From Thermodesulfobacteriota bacterium (lineage in GTDB: Bacteria; Desulfobacterota; Binatia; Bin18), in assembly GCA_964291405.2 (NCBI GenBank), contig OZ219926.1:3968001-4032000 (forward strand): a stretch of DNA of 64,000 bases. Reading direction: 5' to 3'. Both the position numbers and the translations under genes were made by a program. The stretch's first letter is position 1. Each line of letters begins with the position of its first letter. The notes under the pieces are model-generated. The model did no database searches. It was not told where the DNA came from and worked only from the letters and a program-made list of their open reading frames with translations. This document shows positions 50,305 to 60,744 of this stretch, in pieces.

Positions 50305-53300
50305 ACCGCCGACGTATCGCTTACCACCACTATCGCCCCAATCCGCCGCGCCACTTCCGCAAAATACCCCACCTCCTCCGGCCTCAGCGCCCGCCCCAGC
50401 ACCGCCCGCTCCCGATACGACAACCACTTCTTGAGCACCTGATAGCCCCCCAATTTGTACCGCCAAACCGCCACCGGGACGTTGCGCCAGTAGGCGTTGC
50501 CGTTCAGGTAAATGTCGAACGTGGTCTGACCGAGTACACTTGTCGTGTCACCCAAAGCGGCGCGTTCGTCCGCCGTATAATCACGTTCAACCACCCGTCC
50601 TTGGCCGGGCATCACGGCCTCGCCCGTGCCGTAATGTCCCCACCCGGCGGTCAGCGCAAAATCGTCTCCATCTATGTTCCGCCCGTCCACCGTAGCGGGA
50701 ACAGCAATGGTGGCGATGTCCGGGCGCAAGGTTCCAGTTGTCACGCCGGGCACGGGTGTATCCGGGTCAAGCAGGGCGGCTAGTTCGCGCCCCCGTGCAG
50801 CAGAGCGGACCAGGATTTCAGCCGCCTTGGAAACATCTCCGTCCGGCCAGCCGGGCAGCGGAATACGCGGCCATTCCATGCGGAGCGTCCCGGCGTTTGC
50901 TTCACGGTAGGCAGGATCATGGAGCGTGGTGAGGGCGTGATGAAACAGGTCTTCTACGCTGGCGTTGATATGTTTGAGATAGCGTTGCGCGGCGAATGAC
51001 AGGTTGGGGCGGTGTTTTGTGCTGTTCCCGTCGGTTTCGAGACCGTCGTCATTGCGGAGCCACAACGGAAAGAAGCTCGACAGACCATTGCCAAAATTAT
51101 CGGCTAGGTGACGCGCTAAGGTTCCGCGCGAGAAATCTTCCTTCGCTTCCCGTTCACGGGCTTCAAGCCACACATTCCCCTCAAACACATGCGGCATATA
51201 ATCAGGCCGTGGACGATCAAGCAGCCCGCTACCTCCTTCCCAATACAACCACCGATTATCGAAGGGCCGATAGGCGAAAGGGATGAAGCCAGCCTCAACC
51301 GGACCACCACGTGCCAGCAATGAGTCTCGCACGGATCGCGCGTTGAACCCAGCTGCTGTCTTCATGATACTCGGATAGCGCCGTGAAATCTCCTCATGAC
51401 TCAAGTCCGCGTTGAAGTAAGCGGTAATCCGGTCCTTGAGCCGGTCAAGGTCGGTATCAACGAGAAACCCATCCCGACTGGTCTTCACCCCAGGAAACGA
51501 GACCGGGAACAACTCGGGCAGCGCGGGCCAGTCGAAATAGTCTTCACTGACCGCCGTTCGGACCAGTGGCAACCCCAGCGGCAGCACGGGCTCGATAGCG
51601 TCGTAGAGCGTCGCCGGTTCTGCCTCCGCCGTTTCTAACAGTTCTTCGCGTTTTGCCTGTCCCCACAGATGTCGAAAGCCAATGGTGTCAGCCGGGGCAT
51701 GGTCGGCCTTGCGTACCAGCGTGGCAATGGCTGTCCCTACCTGAATCCCCACCGGGTCACTCTCTGTCGAAAAAATACTCGGGTCGGATGTTCCGTCTGG
51801 CGCAACCTTGCCGGTCTTGTATTTATCGCCATTCAGACAATCAATCCGAATGGCGTCAAACGCCCCTAGATACCGCTCTCGCATCCCGGTGAATGACAGC
51901 CCATCCAGCCACGAATAGTTGGAGATAAAACATATCACCCCTTGCCCGGTCTTCTCGGCAATCCGACGTTCGGCCATACGGAAGAAACGCACGTACAGAT
52001 CGTTCAAGCCTTGGCCTTCGGGCCGCCGCACCCGCTTGGTCACCCGATAGGCTTCCGACAATATCCGCTCTTCGTCTACGGCCATACCGGCGAAGCCGTT
52101 GTAGGGCGGGTTACCCAGAATCACCAGAATCGGGGTGTTCTGCTTGACCCGATCGGCCCGGTCGCGTTCTTCTTCGAGTTCGGGAAACGGGAGCGGTTTG
52201 GTGGTATGGGGTTCCCAGCCGGTCAGGGCGTTGGTAAGGAAGACGCCGGGGCGCTCATTGCCGTTATCGGCCAAGGGCGCGTCCAAGTCCTGCATGGTCA
52301 GGCCGACTTGCAGGTGCGCCACCACGAACGGGGCGGGCATGATCTCGAAGCCGAACACCCGGTGCATGGCCGCCTGTTTGACCCGCGCGCCAGCAAGGGC
52401 ACCCATGCCTTTGCCGTGCAGATTCTCCGCAATCCGGCGCAACACTTCCGCCAGATACGCCCCGGTGCCGCAACACGGATCGAGCACATAGACGTTGTCC
52501 GCAGCCAATCCGTCGGCAATACCGAGATCGTCCTTGAGGGCCTTATCCACCCTCGCCACCATGTAGCGGACGACTTCGGCGGGCGTGTACCAGACGCCGA
52601 GTTGTTTGCGCAGGTCGGGGTCAAAGGCTTCGAGAAAGGGTTCGTAGAAATAGGGGACGGCTTCGCCCTCGTTGAAACGGGCAAAGAAGGCCGCACGGTC
52701 CACGCGGTTGAGGGCCGCGGCGGTCCAGTCCAGGACTTCGACCAAGCCGAGCGGTTGCAGTCGGCCGGGGTCGGAAATCTGTTGGAACAAGGCGCGTAGT
52801 ACCGGCGCACGGAGATGCCAGACGGCTTCATGCCAGTTGAACGTACCCCGTGGCGACGGGACTTGCCGCGCCCACAACACCCAGGCGGAGAACACCCCGT
52901 AGAATAAGGTCTGGGACCAGGGTTGAATAGAAAAAGCGTGTTCCTTTGTCGCCCTTGAATTGGACCCCGAGCGCTTCCTCCAGGGCTGCGCGCACGGCGG
53001 TAAGCGACGGGGCGTCGTCTCCTGCGGCCTCGACCCGAGAGCGGCCGTCGCGGGCATAGGAGGCGAGCAGCCACGCTAGGTCTTTGGGCTCGGTCAGGGC
53101 GGCGCGGTGGGACAGGGCGCGGCAGAGATATTCGCCCAGCCCGGCACCAACGGCACGGGCAAACGCGCGGGGCGTGTCCAAGCGCCTGGTAAAGTCTTCA
53201 GCGGTCTCTGCCAGCCGAAAGGTTTCGAGTGTAGCCGGCTGTCCGGTGGTGTCTTCACCCACCAGGACGAAGTCGTGCGTGTTGGTGACCAGCACCAGCC

Positions 53301-53655
53301 GGTAGCGGCTCCAATAGCGGCTGACCTGGGCCGACGCTGCGGTCAGCCAGGTATCGTCGCTGATGGATTTGACTTCGACCACGCCACGTTCGGGGGTCTG
53401 GCCTTCCTTGGGCTGGCCTTTCTGTAGCTGCCTGGCGGCATACAGGCCAAAGTCGGGATGACCCGCGCCCTGGTCGGCCAACTCGCCGACACAGAACACC
53501 TTGGGTTTGAGCGTACTGCCCACGGCGTTGAGCAGATTCGCCAGTGGCCCATAAGAGGACCGCTCTGCGGTGGCTCCGCCGGAGGCGCGTATCCGGCGGA
53601 GGTCGGTCAGGTAGTTTTCGACTGCGGTGGTCAGTTTTGCGTTTGTTCCGGGCAT
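50283..53655 (-). pseudogene. Type IIG/ISP-like restriction-modification enzyme (nuclease, N6-adenine MTase, specificity domain), frameshift at 52913-52915
   Basis: PDFG...VEVK, GVWYTP, LDPCCGTG, GNPPY, YRPFD; removing one base restores STLVQTLFYG. Confidence 0.88.
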
Positions 53656-53758
53656 TCCGTCTGTTGTCGCTGAGTCCGGGCCGCCAGGCAAGACCCGTGC
53701 GAGCCAACCCATTCCGGCCCCCGTATCAAGTACGGGGCCAGCTCTTCGACTGGCCGGT

Positions 53759-53786
53759 GTAGGGGCAATTCATGAATTGCCCCTAC
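53759..53786. repeat. Perfect 28-bp GTAG REP palindrome
   Basis: GTAGGGGCAATTCATGAATTGCCCCTAC; preceded by a CCCCGTATCAAGTACGGGG hairpin at about 53716-53739. Confidence 0.85.
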
Positions 53787-53790
53787 GGAA

Positions 53791-54609
53791 CTACCCATGC
53801 TTGTCCAGAAAATAATCGATCAACCGGCGGGAGATGCTGATGCGGCCGGGGATGGCGGGCATGGCATTCGGGCTGAACCAGGCGGCTTCGGCGATTTCCA
53901 CGCCGTCCACCTCAATCTCGCCCTCTGCATACTCGGCGGTAAAACCGAGCATGAGCGAGTTCGGGAACGGCCACGGCTGGCTGGCAAAATACCGGATATT
54001 ATCGACCGTGATGCTGACCTCTTCTTTGATTTCTCTGGCGACGCTCTCCTCTATGGTTTCGCCGGGTTCCACAAAGCCGGCCAGCACACTGTACATCTTG
54101 GTCGGGAAATGGGGTGAACGGGCGAGCAGGATTTTTCCGTCACGCTCCACCATGACAATAATGGCGGGTGACAAGCGGGGGAAGCTCAAGAGCTGGCACT
54201 TGGGGCAGCGCTTGGCCCGCTCATCCGATTTGGTTTCGTTGCGGGTCCCACACCGTCCGCAGTACTGATGGGTGCGGTCCCACTCGACGATCTGGACGGC
54301 GCGACCACCCAGCACGAACAAATCTTCGTCCAGTCCGCCGTGCGCCTGGCGGAGGTCTTTAAAGTCCAGGTGGTCGGGCACCGATGCGTCCAGCACATCA
54401 ACGGCATAACACGCCTGTCCCTCATACCGCCCAAGATAGTGCCGATTTCCCGCGGAGACCTCCAGCTCTTCAAAGCGCTCCAGGCAGGGGACTTGAAACG
54501 TTTCGTCATGCTTCTGAAGCAGGAGCCGGTTGCGGTGAAAGCCGAACCACCAGGCCGGGCCGGACAGGTCGTGGGGCGGTGCGACCTCGGAAATAAACGT
54601 CTTCCGCAT
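53791..54609 (-). CDS. nudC: NAD(H) diphosphatase
   Basis: CGRCG...CPKC zinc finger, Nudix box GFVEPGETIEESVAREIKEE, SQPWPFPNS; start uncertain (54609 or 54657). Confidence 0.93.
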   Translation of the reverse strand: MRKTFISEVAPPHDLSGPAWWFGFHRNRLLLQKHDETFQVPCLERFEELEVSAGNRHYLGRYEGQACYAVDVLDASVPDHLDFKDLRQAHGGLDEDLFVLGGRAVQIVEWDRTHQYCGRCGTRNETKSDERAKRCPKCQLLSFPRLSPAIIVMVERDGKILLARSPHFPTKMYSVLAGFVEPGETIEESVAREIKEEVSITVDNIRYFASQPWPFPNSLMLGFTAEYAEGEIEVDGVEIAEAAWFSPNAMPAIPGRISISRRLIDYFLDKHG

Positions 54610-54844
54610 GCCAAAGATCGGCTGTCCGTGGGAGTGTGGTGCGTTGCGGGCAGGCATACCCAAATCCTCCAATCTTGGTATGGTCAGCGGTACGGTGTTG
54701 GCAAAGCATAGCAAACCTGCCCCCGACTGTATCCCCCAGGTCCTTCGACTTCGCTACGCTCAGGGTGAACGGGAGACCAAGCCCGGACTAGGATTTCCGC
54801 AGCAGCCTGATACATAGGGCAGACCGACGAAGAGGAGTTGCCGT

Positions 54845-56023
54845 ATGAATCTCAACTATTCTCCTGAAGAAATGACCTTTCGTGATGAAGTCCGCGCCTG
54901 GCTCAAAGACAACCTGCCGGACGAGCTGCGCAACAAAGTCGTCAACTATGAAGAGCTGACCAAAGAAGACCTGCTGCGCTGGCAGAAAATCACGGCCGAG
55001 CGAGGCTGGGGGGCACCTGACTGGCCGGAAGAGTGGGGCGGGACAAACTGGACCATCGTTCAGCGGCATATTTTTGAAGAAGAGTGCGGCTATGCCGGCT
55101 GCCCGCCGCGTATTCCCTTTGGCGTGTCCATGTGTGCGCCCGTCCTGCACAAATTTGGTACCGAAGATCAGAAACAGCGCTTTTTGCCCGGCATGTATAA
55201 TGGCGACGTATTCTGGTGCCAGGGCTATTCCGAGCCGGGCTCGGGCTCTGACCTGGCTTCGCTCAAGACGAGTGCGGTTCGGGAGGGAGACAGCTATGTC
55301 GTCAACGGCCAGAAGATTTGGACCACCTGGGCCCAGCACGCAGACTGGATATTCTGCCTAGTTCGCACCAGCGCCGATTTTCCAAAAAGACAACAGGGCA
55401 TTTCCTTTTTGCTCATGGATATGAACACGCCGGGTATCAGCATCCGACCGCTTATGCTCATGGATGGCGGCCATGAAGTGAACGAGGTGTTCTTTGACGA
55501 TGTGCGGGTACCGGCGGAAAACCTCATCCATGAAGAAAATGATGGCTGGACGGTCGCCAAATATCTTCTGGGTTATGAGCGCCTCGGCACGGGCAACACC
55601 GGTGCATCAAAGCGAGAGGTGCTGCGCTTGAAAGAGCTGGCGGCCCAGCAGTCCAAAAACGGTAAACCGCTCATTGACGACCCGCGCTTCCGCGACCGGC
55701 TGTCGCGGGTGGAAGTTGAGCTGATGGCTTTGGAGATCACCAATCTGCGCTTTCTGGATCAGATGCGGGGGGGACGGGCACCGGGCGCGGAAGTCTCGCT
55801 GCTCAAGATTCGCGGGACGGAAATCCAACAGGCGCTCACGGAACTCATGCTGGAAGCGGTCGGGCCGCTTGCCCAGCCGTTCCAGTCGCTATACGCCACG
55901 GACTTTGACCAGCAAACGGCCAGTATCGCCCCACGCTACTGTAACTACCGCAAGACTTCGATCTATGCGGGTTCCAATGAGATCCAGCGCAATATTATCG
56001 CCAAGGCGTCCCTCGGGCTGTAA
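54845..56023 (+). CDS. Acyl-CoA dehydrogenase, PimC-like large subunit
   Basis: WCQGYSEPGSGSDLASL, NGQKIWT, SIYAGSNEIQRNII. Confidence 0.92.
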   Translation: MNLNYSPEEMTFRDEVRAWLKDNLPDELRNKVVNYEELTKEDLLRWQKITAERGWGAPDWPEEWGGTNWTIVQRHIFEEECGYAGCPPRIPFGVSMCAPVLHKFGTEDQKQRFLPGMYNGDVFWCQGYSEPGSGSDLASLKTSAVREGDSYVVNGQKIWTTWAQHADWIFCLVRTSADFPKRQQGISFLLMDMNTPGISIRPLMLMDGGHEVNEVFFDDVRVPAENLIHEENDGWTVAKYLLGYERLGTGNTGASKREVLRLKELAAQQSKNGKPLIDDPRFRDRLSRVEVELMALEITNLRFLDQMRGGRAPGAEVSLLKIRGTEIQQALTELMLEAVGPLAQPFQSLYATDFDQQTASIAPRYCNYRKTSIYAGSNEIQRNIIAKASLGL

Positions 56024-56051
56024 ACCGGATTTGCAAACAGGAGACCTCAGC

Positions 56052-57185
56052 GTGAACTTCGACCACAGCGAAGAACAACAACTGCTGACGCAGAGCGTCC
56101 GGCAATTTCTGACCAAAGAGTATACCTTTGCCGCTCGCCAGGCGATCATTGAGTCCGACCAGGGCTATAGCGAGCAGGTCTGGACCACGTTTGCCGAAAT
56201 GGGCCTGCTGGGCCTGCCTTTTGCGAGCGAGGTTGGGGGCTTTGGAGGAAACGCGGTAGACCTGATGCCGGTCATGGAAGCGATCGGCGACGGGCTTATT
56301 GTCGAGCCCTACCTGGCCAGCGTCGGTCTGGGTGGACAGTTCATTGCCAGGGGCGGCAGTCAGACCCAGCAGCAGGAGATTCTGCCGGCTCTCGTCGCGG
56401 GTCGGTGCAAGCTGGCGTTCGCTCAAACCGAACGCGAGGCGCGCTATAATCTGGCGCATGTCGCCTGCCGGGCGGAGAAGAACGATAACGGCTATCGGCT
56501 GGAGGGCGAGAAATGCGTCGTTCTGCACGCGCCCTGCGCCGATAAACTCATTGTGTCGGCGCGTACCGCAGGGCCTACTACCGCCACGGACGGCATCAGC
56601 CTGCTCATAGTAGACCCGAGCGCGCCGGGCGTGACGCTCACGCCCTATCGGACGATTGATAATTTACGCGCCGCGGATGTGCGTTTCGCCGGGACGGTTG
56701 TTCCCGCCGATGCGCTGATCGGTCTGGAAGGACAGGCTCTGCCGCTGATCGAAGCCGTGGTGGACTACGCCACCGCCCTGGTCTGTGCCGAAGCGGTTGG
56801 GGCCATGCAGTTTGCGAATGACACAACGCTTGAGTACCTCAAGACCCGTAAGCAGTTCGGGGTACCGATCGGTTCGTTTCAGGCCCTGCAACACCGCATG
56901 GTCGAGATGACGATCATCCATGAACAGGCCAAATCCATGGCCTGTCTGGCCTGCGTGAAGGCCGACAGCGCGGATGCCGACGAACGCCGCCGGACCATAT
57001 CCGCAGCAAAAATCCATATTGCCGACGCCTGCCGTCACATCAGCCAGGAGGCTGTTCAGTTGCACGGGGGGATGGGCATGACCGAGGAATTGAAAGTCAG
57101 TCACACCTTCCGCCGCCTGACCATGATTGCCCAGACCTTTGGCGACGCGGACCACCACTTGGAGCGTTTTTCCGCGTGCGGGTGA
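56052..57185 (+). CDS. Acyl-CoA dehydrogenase, PimD-like small subunit
   Basis: RKQFGVPIGSFQALQHR, QLHGGMGMT, FGDADHHL. Confidence 0.92.
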   Translation: MNFDHSEEQQLLTQSVRQFLTKEYTFAARQAIIESDQGYSEQVWTTFAEMGLLGLPFASEVGGFGGNAVDLMPVMEAIGDGLIVEPYLASVGLGGQFIARGGSQTQQQEILPALVAGRCKLAFAQTEREARYNLAHVACRAEKNDNGYRLEGEKCVVLHAPCADKLIVSARTAGPTTATDGISLLIVDPSAPGVTLTPYRTIDNLRAADVRFAGTVVPADALIGLEGQALPLIEAVVDYATALVCAEAVGAMQFANDTTLEYLKTRKQFGVPIGSFQALQHRMVEMTIIHEQAKSMACLACVKADSADADERRRTISAAKIHIADACRHISQEAVQLHGGMGMTEELKVSHTFRRLTMIAQTFGDADHHLERFSACG

Positions 57186-57346
57186 GGGTCATTATTGTCT
57201 TCCCGGAAGAGACTGACGTTGCCGATATGGATGAGAAGGAATGGCTGCGGGCGGCGGGGCAGAATCCCGCCTTTGATTTTCTGAAAGACCCCTTGGAAGA
57301 CCGCTATACGCTGAGTGACGGGAAGCCTGCGCTCCCAGAGGGGTAG
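57182..57346 (+). pseudogene. 5'-truncated putative antitoxin-like gene
   Basis: VRVIIVFPEE...EKEWLRAAGQNPAFDFLKDPLEDRYTLSDGKP; recalled similarity to small proteins upstream of MazF/PemK toxins. Confidence 0.5.
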
Positions 57347-57370
57347 GGGTAATTCATGAATTACCCCTAC
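57343..57370. repeat. Perfect 28-bp GTAG REP palindrome, second copy
   Basis: GTAGGGGTAATTCATGAATTACCCCTAC. Confidence 0.85.
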
Positions 57371-57382
57371 AGGATAATGGTT

Positions 57383-58645
57383 CTAACGAATCGACAACGA
57401 CGGTCGGTTGTTCAATATGTCGGGGTCGAAGCCGGCCGTGCGCTTATACGAACGGGAGATTTTCTCCAGTTCGCGTTGGCTGATGACGTCGTCAAGATCG
57501 GTAAACCCGTTCGGCGCACGTTGCTCGACAAGCTCCATGCACTGTTCCGGTCCGACTTTTCTGTTCGCTTGCACGACCGCCGCAGTAGCCGGACGGCGCG
57601 CGGCATCATAGGCGGCCACGGCGTGCTCAATCGAGGGCTGGAGCGCGAGTTCCCGGGCCAATACGCGTGCGTCAATAATGGCCTGGGAGGCTCCGTTTGA
57701 GCCGACCGGATACATGGGATGGGCTGCGTCGCCCAGCAGTGTCACTCGGCCGAAGTCCCAGCTCGGCAGCGGGTCACGATCGACCATCGGATATTGGTAA
57801 ATGGTCTCGGCCTTCCGCATGAGTTCCGGTACATCGAGAAAGTCAAAGCTAAACGACGCAAACGGGGCGAGCGCTTCTTCAAGACGCGCCGTGTGTTCCC
57901 AGTCTTGCGGGGGCATGGGTTGATCGTCGGCGACCTTGAATTCCGCCACCCAGTTGATGAGCGCCTGTCCCCGGTCTTCGTGGCGTTTTGAAATCGGATA
58001 GATAACCACCCGCCGCTGAAAATAACCGGCCATCATCATCGTGCGGCCCGACAGAAACGGCCTTCCCTCGGTGACCCCGCGCCACATGGTAATCCCGTTC
58101 CATTTGGGTGGACCCTCGTCAGGGTAGAGTTGCTGACGGACGACCGAGTGGACGCCGTCACACGCGACAAGCAGGTCGGCCTCAACACGACGTGCAGCTG
58201 TATCCCTTGCTCTATCGACGAACTCACCCCAGGCCCTTTCCGCTGCCTGTCCGAATCGGGTTAAATGGTGACCAGTGTGGACACGCGCCTGGCCGAGCCG
58301 GTCTGCTACGGCTTGGTGAAGCACTTTTAGCAACTCGCCACGATGAATGGAGAACTGGGGCCAGTGATAGCCTGCGGCGCGCCCTCGGGGTTCACCCCAG
58401 ATACGCTGGCCATGTTTGGAGTAGAAGACCAACTCGCCAGTGGGGATGCCGACCGTGGAGAGACCGTCCAGCAGGCCGAGTTCGGTCAGTTCGCGGACCG
58501 CGTGAGGCAGCACGTTAATGCCGACTCCCAACTCGCTAATCGTATGGGCCGATTCATAGATATCGACATCGGTCAGGCCAGCGTCGTGGAGAGACAAGGC
58601 CAGCGTCATGCCCCCGATACCACCACCGATAATGGCGATTTTCAC
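57383..58645 (-). CDS. FAD-dependent aromatic monooxygenase (salicylate hydroxylase-like)
   Basis: GGGIGG, ACDGVHS, LGDAAHPMYP; GGAGG RBS before GTG 58645. Confidence 0.9.
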   Translation of the reverse strand: MKIAIIGGGIGGMTLALSLHDAGLTDVDIYESAHTISELGVGINVLPHAVRELTELGLLDGLSTVGIPTGELVFYSKHGQRIWGEPRGRAAGYHWPQFSIHRGELLKVLHQAVADRLGQARVHTGHHLTRFGQAAERAWGEFVDRARDTAARRVEADLLVACDGVHSVVRQQLYPDEGPPKWNGITMWRGVTEGRPFLSGRTMMMAGYFQRRVVIYPISKRHEDRGQALINWVAEFKVADDQPMPPQDWEHTARLEEALAPFASFSFDFLDVPELMRKAETIYQYPMVDRDPLPSWDFGRVTLLGDAAHPMYPVGSNGASQAIIDARVLARELALQPSIEHAVAAYDAARRPATAAVVQANRKVGPEQCMELVEQRAPNGFTDLDDVISQRELEKISRSYKRTAGFDPDILNNRPSLSIR

Positions 58646-58671
58646 AAGCTGCCTCCCCCAGCGAGCGGAGA

Positions 58672-59727
58672 CTAGAGGTCGCGCACGTGCGGCAGCACAT
58701 ACTTGCCAAAACGTTCCAGCGAGCGCAGTACCTTGTCGTGTGCCATGCCACCGAAGTTGACCTCGAACAGCATATGGGTGATGCCCAGGCCTTCCTTGAT
58801 GTTCTTGATACGCTGAATACAACGCTCAGGAGTGCCAAACATCAGTCCGTCGCCTTTGTCCAGAACGTCGTAGCTGAGCTGAGAGAAGATAGCGCCGAGG
58901 CCCTTACCGTAGGCTTTGTACTCGTCCGACTGCCAGGGTTTGTCCAGACTGGCGAAGAACTTGAAATAGCGCTCCAACTCCGTTGCGGCTTCGCGCCGGG
59001 CCTGCTCGTCGTCTTCGGCGACGTACAGATGGTAAGTGCCCTGCACCTCTCTTTGCGCTGGGTCGTGTCCGTTGTCAATCAAGGTTTGGTGATACAGATC
59101 GACGCGTTCGCGGAGCGGTCCAAAGGTCGGATAGGCGAATGGGACGAGCATGATGTTATAGCCCCGCTCTCCCGTCCAGACGAAGGATTCCTGAGAAGCC
59201 ACGGCGGCCGCCCAGACGGGGGGGTGGGGTTGCTGAACCGGCTTGGGTAGCGTTTTGACGTGATCGACGGTGAAGTAGTTGCCCGTGCACGTGACCTCGT
59301 CCTGGGTCCAGGCCTGGAGGATAACATCGAGCGCCTCGTGGTAACGGCCCTGGCTTTCGTCCGGGTTGATCCCAAACAGGTCGTACTCGTGGCGCAGGAT
59401 ACCCCGGCCGATCCCAAAATCGAGCCGCCCGTCGCTGAGGACGTCCAGCATGGCATATTCCTCGGCTGTCTTGATCGGGTTGGTCAACGGCAACAAGGTC
59501 ACTGCGGTGCCGAAGCGAACGCGTTTCGTGCGCTGCGCAACAGCGGCGGCAAAAATCGGCGGAGAAGGAAAGGCATAGCCTCCGACGTAGTGCTCGGCAA
59601 ACCAGATACTGTCCATACCGATTTCTTCACACAGATCGATCTGCTCCAGCATTTCACCGTAGTAATGGCTGGACGATTTGTGGCGCTCTTCGTAATAGTC
59701 AGGAATATACAACACGCCGAATTTCAT
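58672..59727 (-). CDS. LLM-class flavin-dependent oxidoreductase
   Basis: WFAEHY, LDVLSDGRLDFGIGRG, PKPVQQPHPP. Confidence 0.9.
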   Translation of the reverse strand: MKFGVLYIPDYYEERHKSSSHYYGEMLEQIDLCEEIGMDSIWFAEHYVGGYAFPSPPIFAAAVAQRTKRVRFGTAVTLLPLTNPIKTAEEYAMLDVLSDGRLDFGIGRGILRHEYDLFGINPDESQGRYHEALDVILQAWTQDEVTCTGNYFTVDHVKTLPKPVQQPHPPVWAAAVASQESFVWTGERGYNIMLVPFAYPTFGPLRERVDLYHQTLIDNGHDPAQREVQGTYHLYVAEDDEQARREAATELERYFKFFASLDKPWQSDEYKAYGKGLGAIFSQLSYDVLDKGDGLMFGTPERCIQRIKNIKEGLGITHMLFEVNFGGMAHDKVLRSLERFGKYVLPHVRDL

Positions 59728-59743
59728 GCGATTCTCCTTCTGA

Positions 59744-60733
59744 TTACAGCTCGATCGGATAGGGTGAGAGCTCGCCGCTGTCGTATTTCTCGGGCAGACC
59801 CGCCGTTGCGTTTTCCCAGACTAGCAGCATGGCGCGCTTGGGCGAAAAGCCCTGGTGTCGAATATCAGCCGGCATGGCCGCTACATCACCGGGCTTCATG
59901 ACTACTCTGGCCCGCGGATGGCCGGTCTCTTTGTCGCTGACCTGCCAGGTGATTTGATCGCTGACCTGGATAAACCACTCGACCCGGTCGTTGCCGTGAA
60001 TGACCGGCAGGATGTGTTCCTCGGTGGTCGGGCAGAATAGGCTGTTACGGCACACGGACACCACGGAAGGGTTCCAGGTCACGTCGGAGCGGGACAGGTA
60101 TTTGAAAAGATTAAAGGCGTGGACCTCGTCCTCAAAGCCCGGCTCGGCATGAATCTCGGGTTCGTCCTGTTCGACATCGGCAAAGGCGCGGTTGACCGGA
60201 TAGCCGTTTGCGTCCGAGCGGAGCGAGGCATCGCCGGGCAGACCCGGCATGCGCCGGCAGGTCTCCCGATTGCGCTCAATGGCTGCGGTATTACTCCCGT
60301 TCTTTTTGCCGAAGACCGCGGTGCCGGTCTCCGCGGGCGCGGCAAATGGGTCAAAGCCGGCATTCGTCCAGTCGCTCAGCATGGCCTTGAAGGTGGCCAG
60401 AATCTCCGGCGTGTCAAAGGTCTCGACATAGTCGAGGCCGGAGTCATGATAGCTGTCGTTATAGCGTCCGGCGTATAACTCTACCTGCCCGTACCGATTG
60501 CGGGTGCCGAGCACGGCATCAAAATTGACCCAGCCGTAAAAAAACCCCCAGGCCACATCGCGCACCAGGGCTCTGAGGAAGGCATCGGCCGGCAGGGTGT
60601 GGGAGAGTTGCGCCTCCCTGGCTGGCCAGCGGACGGTGACGAAATACTCGTCGCGTGAAAAAGAGAACCGGCCCAGCTCAAAACGCTTATACCCGGTCTT
60701 CGTGTCGGGGGCCGAGGCTTTGACGCTGCCCAT
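59744..60733 (-). CDS. hapD: Hydroquinone 1,2-dioxygenase large subunit (HapD/PnpD-like)
   Basis: RDVAWGFFYG, SRSDVTWNPSV, CPTTEE...HGNDRVEWF, MPADIRHQG. Confidence 0.85.
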   Translation of the reverse strand: MGSVKASAPDTKTGYKRFELGRFSFSRDEYFVTVRWPAREAQLSHTLPADAFLRALVRDVAWGFFYGWVNFDAVLGTRNRYGQVELYAGRYNDSYHDSGLDYVETFDTPEILATFKAMLSDWTNAGFDPFAAPAETGTAVFGKKNGSNTAAIERNRETCRRMPGLPGDASLRSDANGYPVNRAFADVEQDEPEIHAEPGFEDEVHAFNLFKYLSRSDVTWNPSVVSVCRNSLFCPTTEEHILPVIHGNDRVEWFIQVSDQITWQVSDKETGHPRARVVMKPGDVAAMPADIRHQGFSPKRAMLLVWENATAGLPEKYDSGELSPYPIEL

Positions 60734-60744
60734 CGTCTGTCTCC

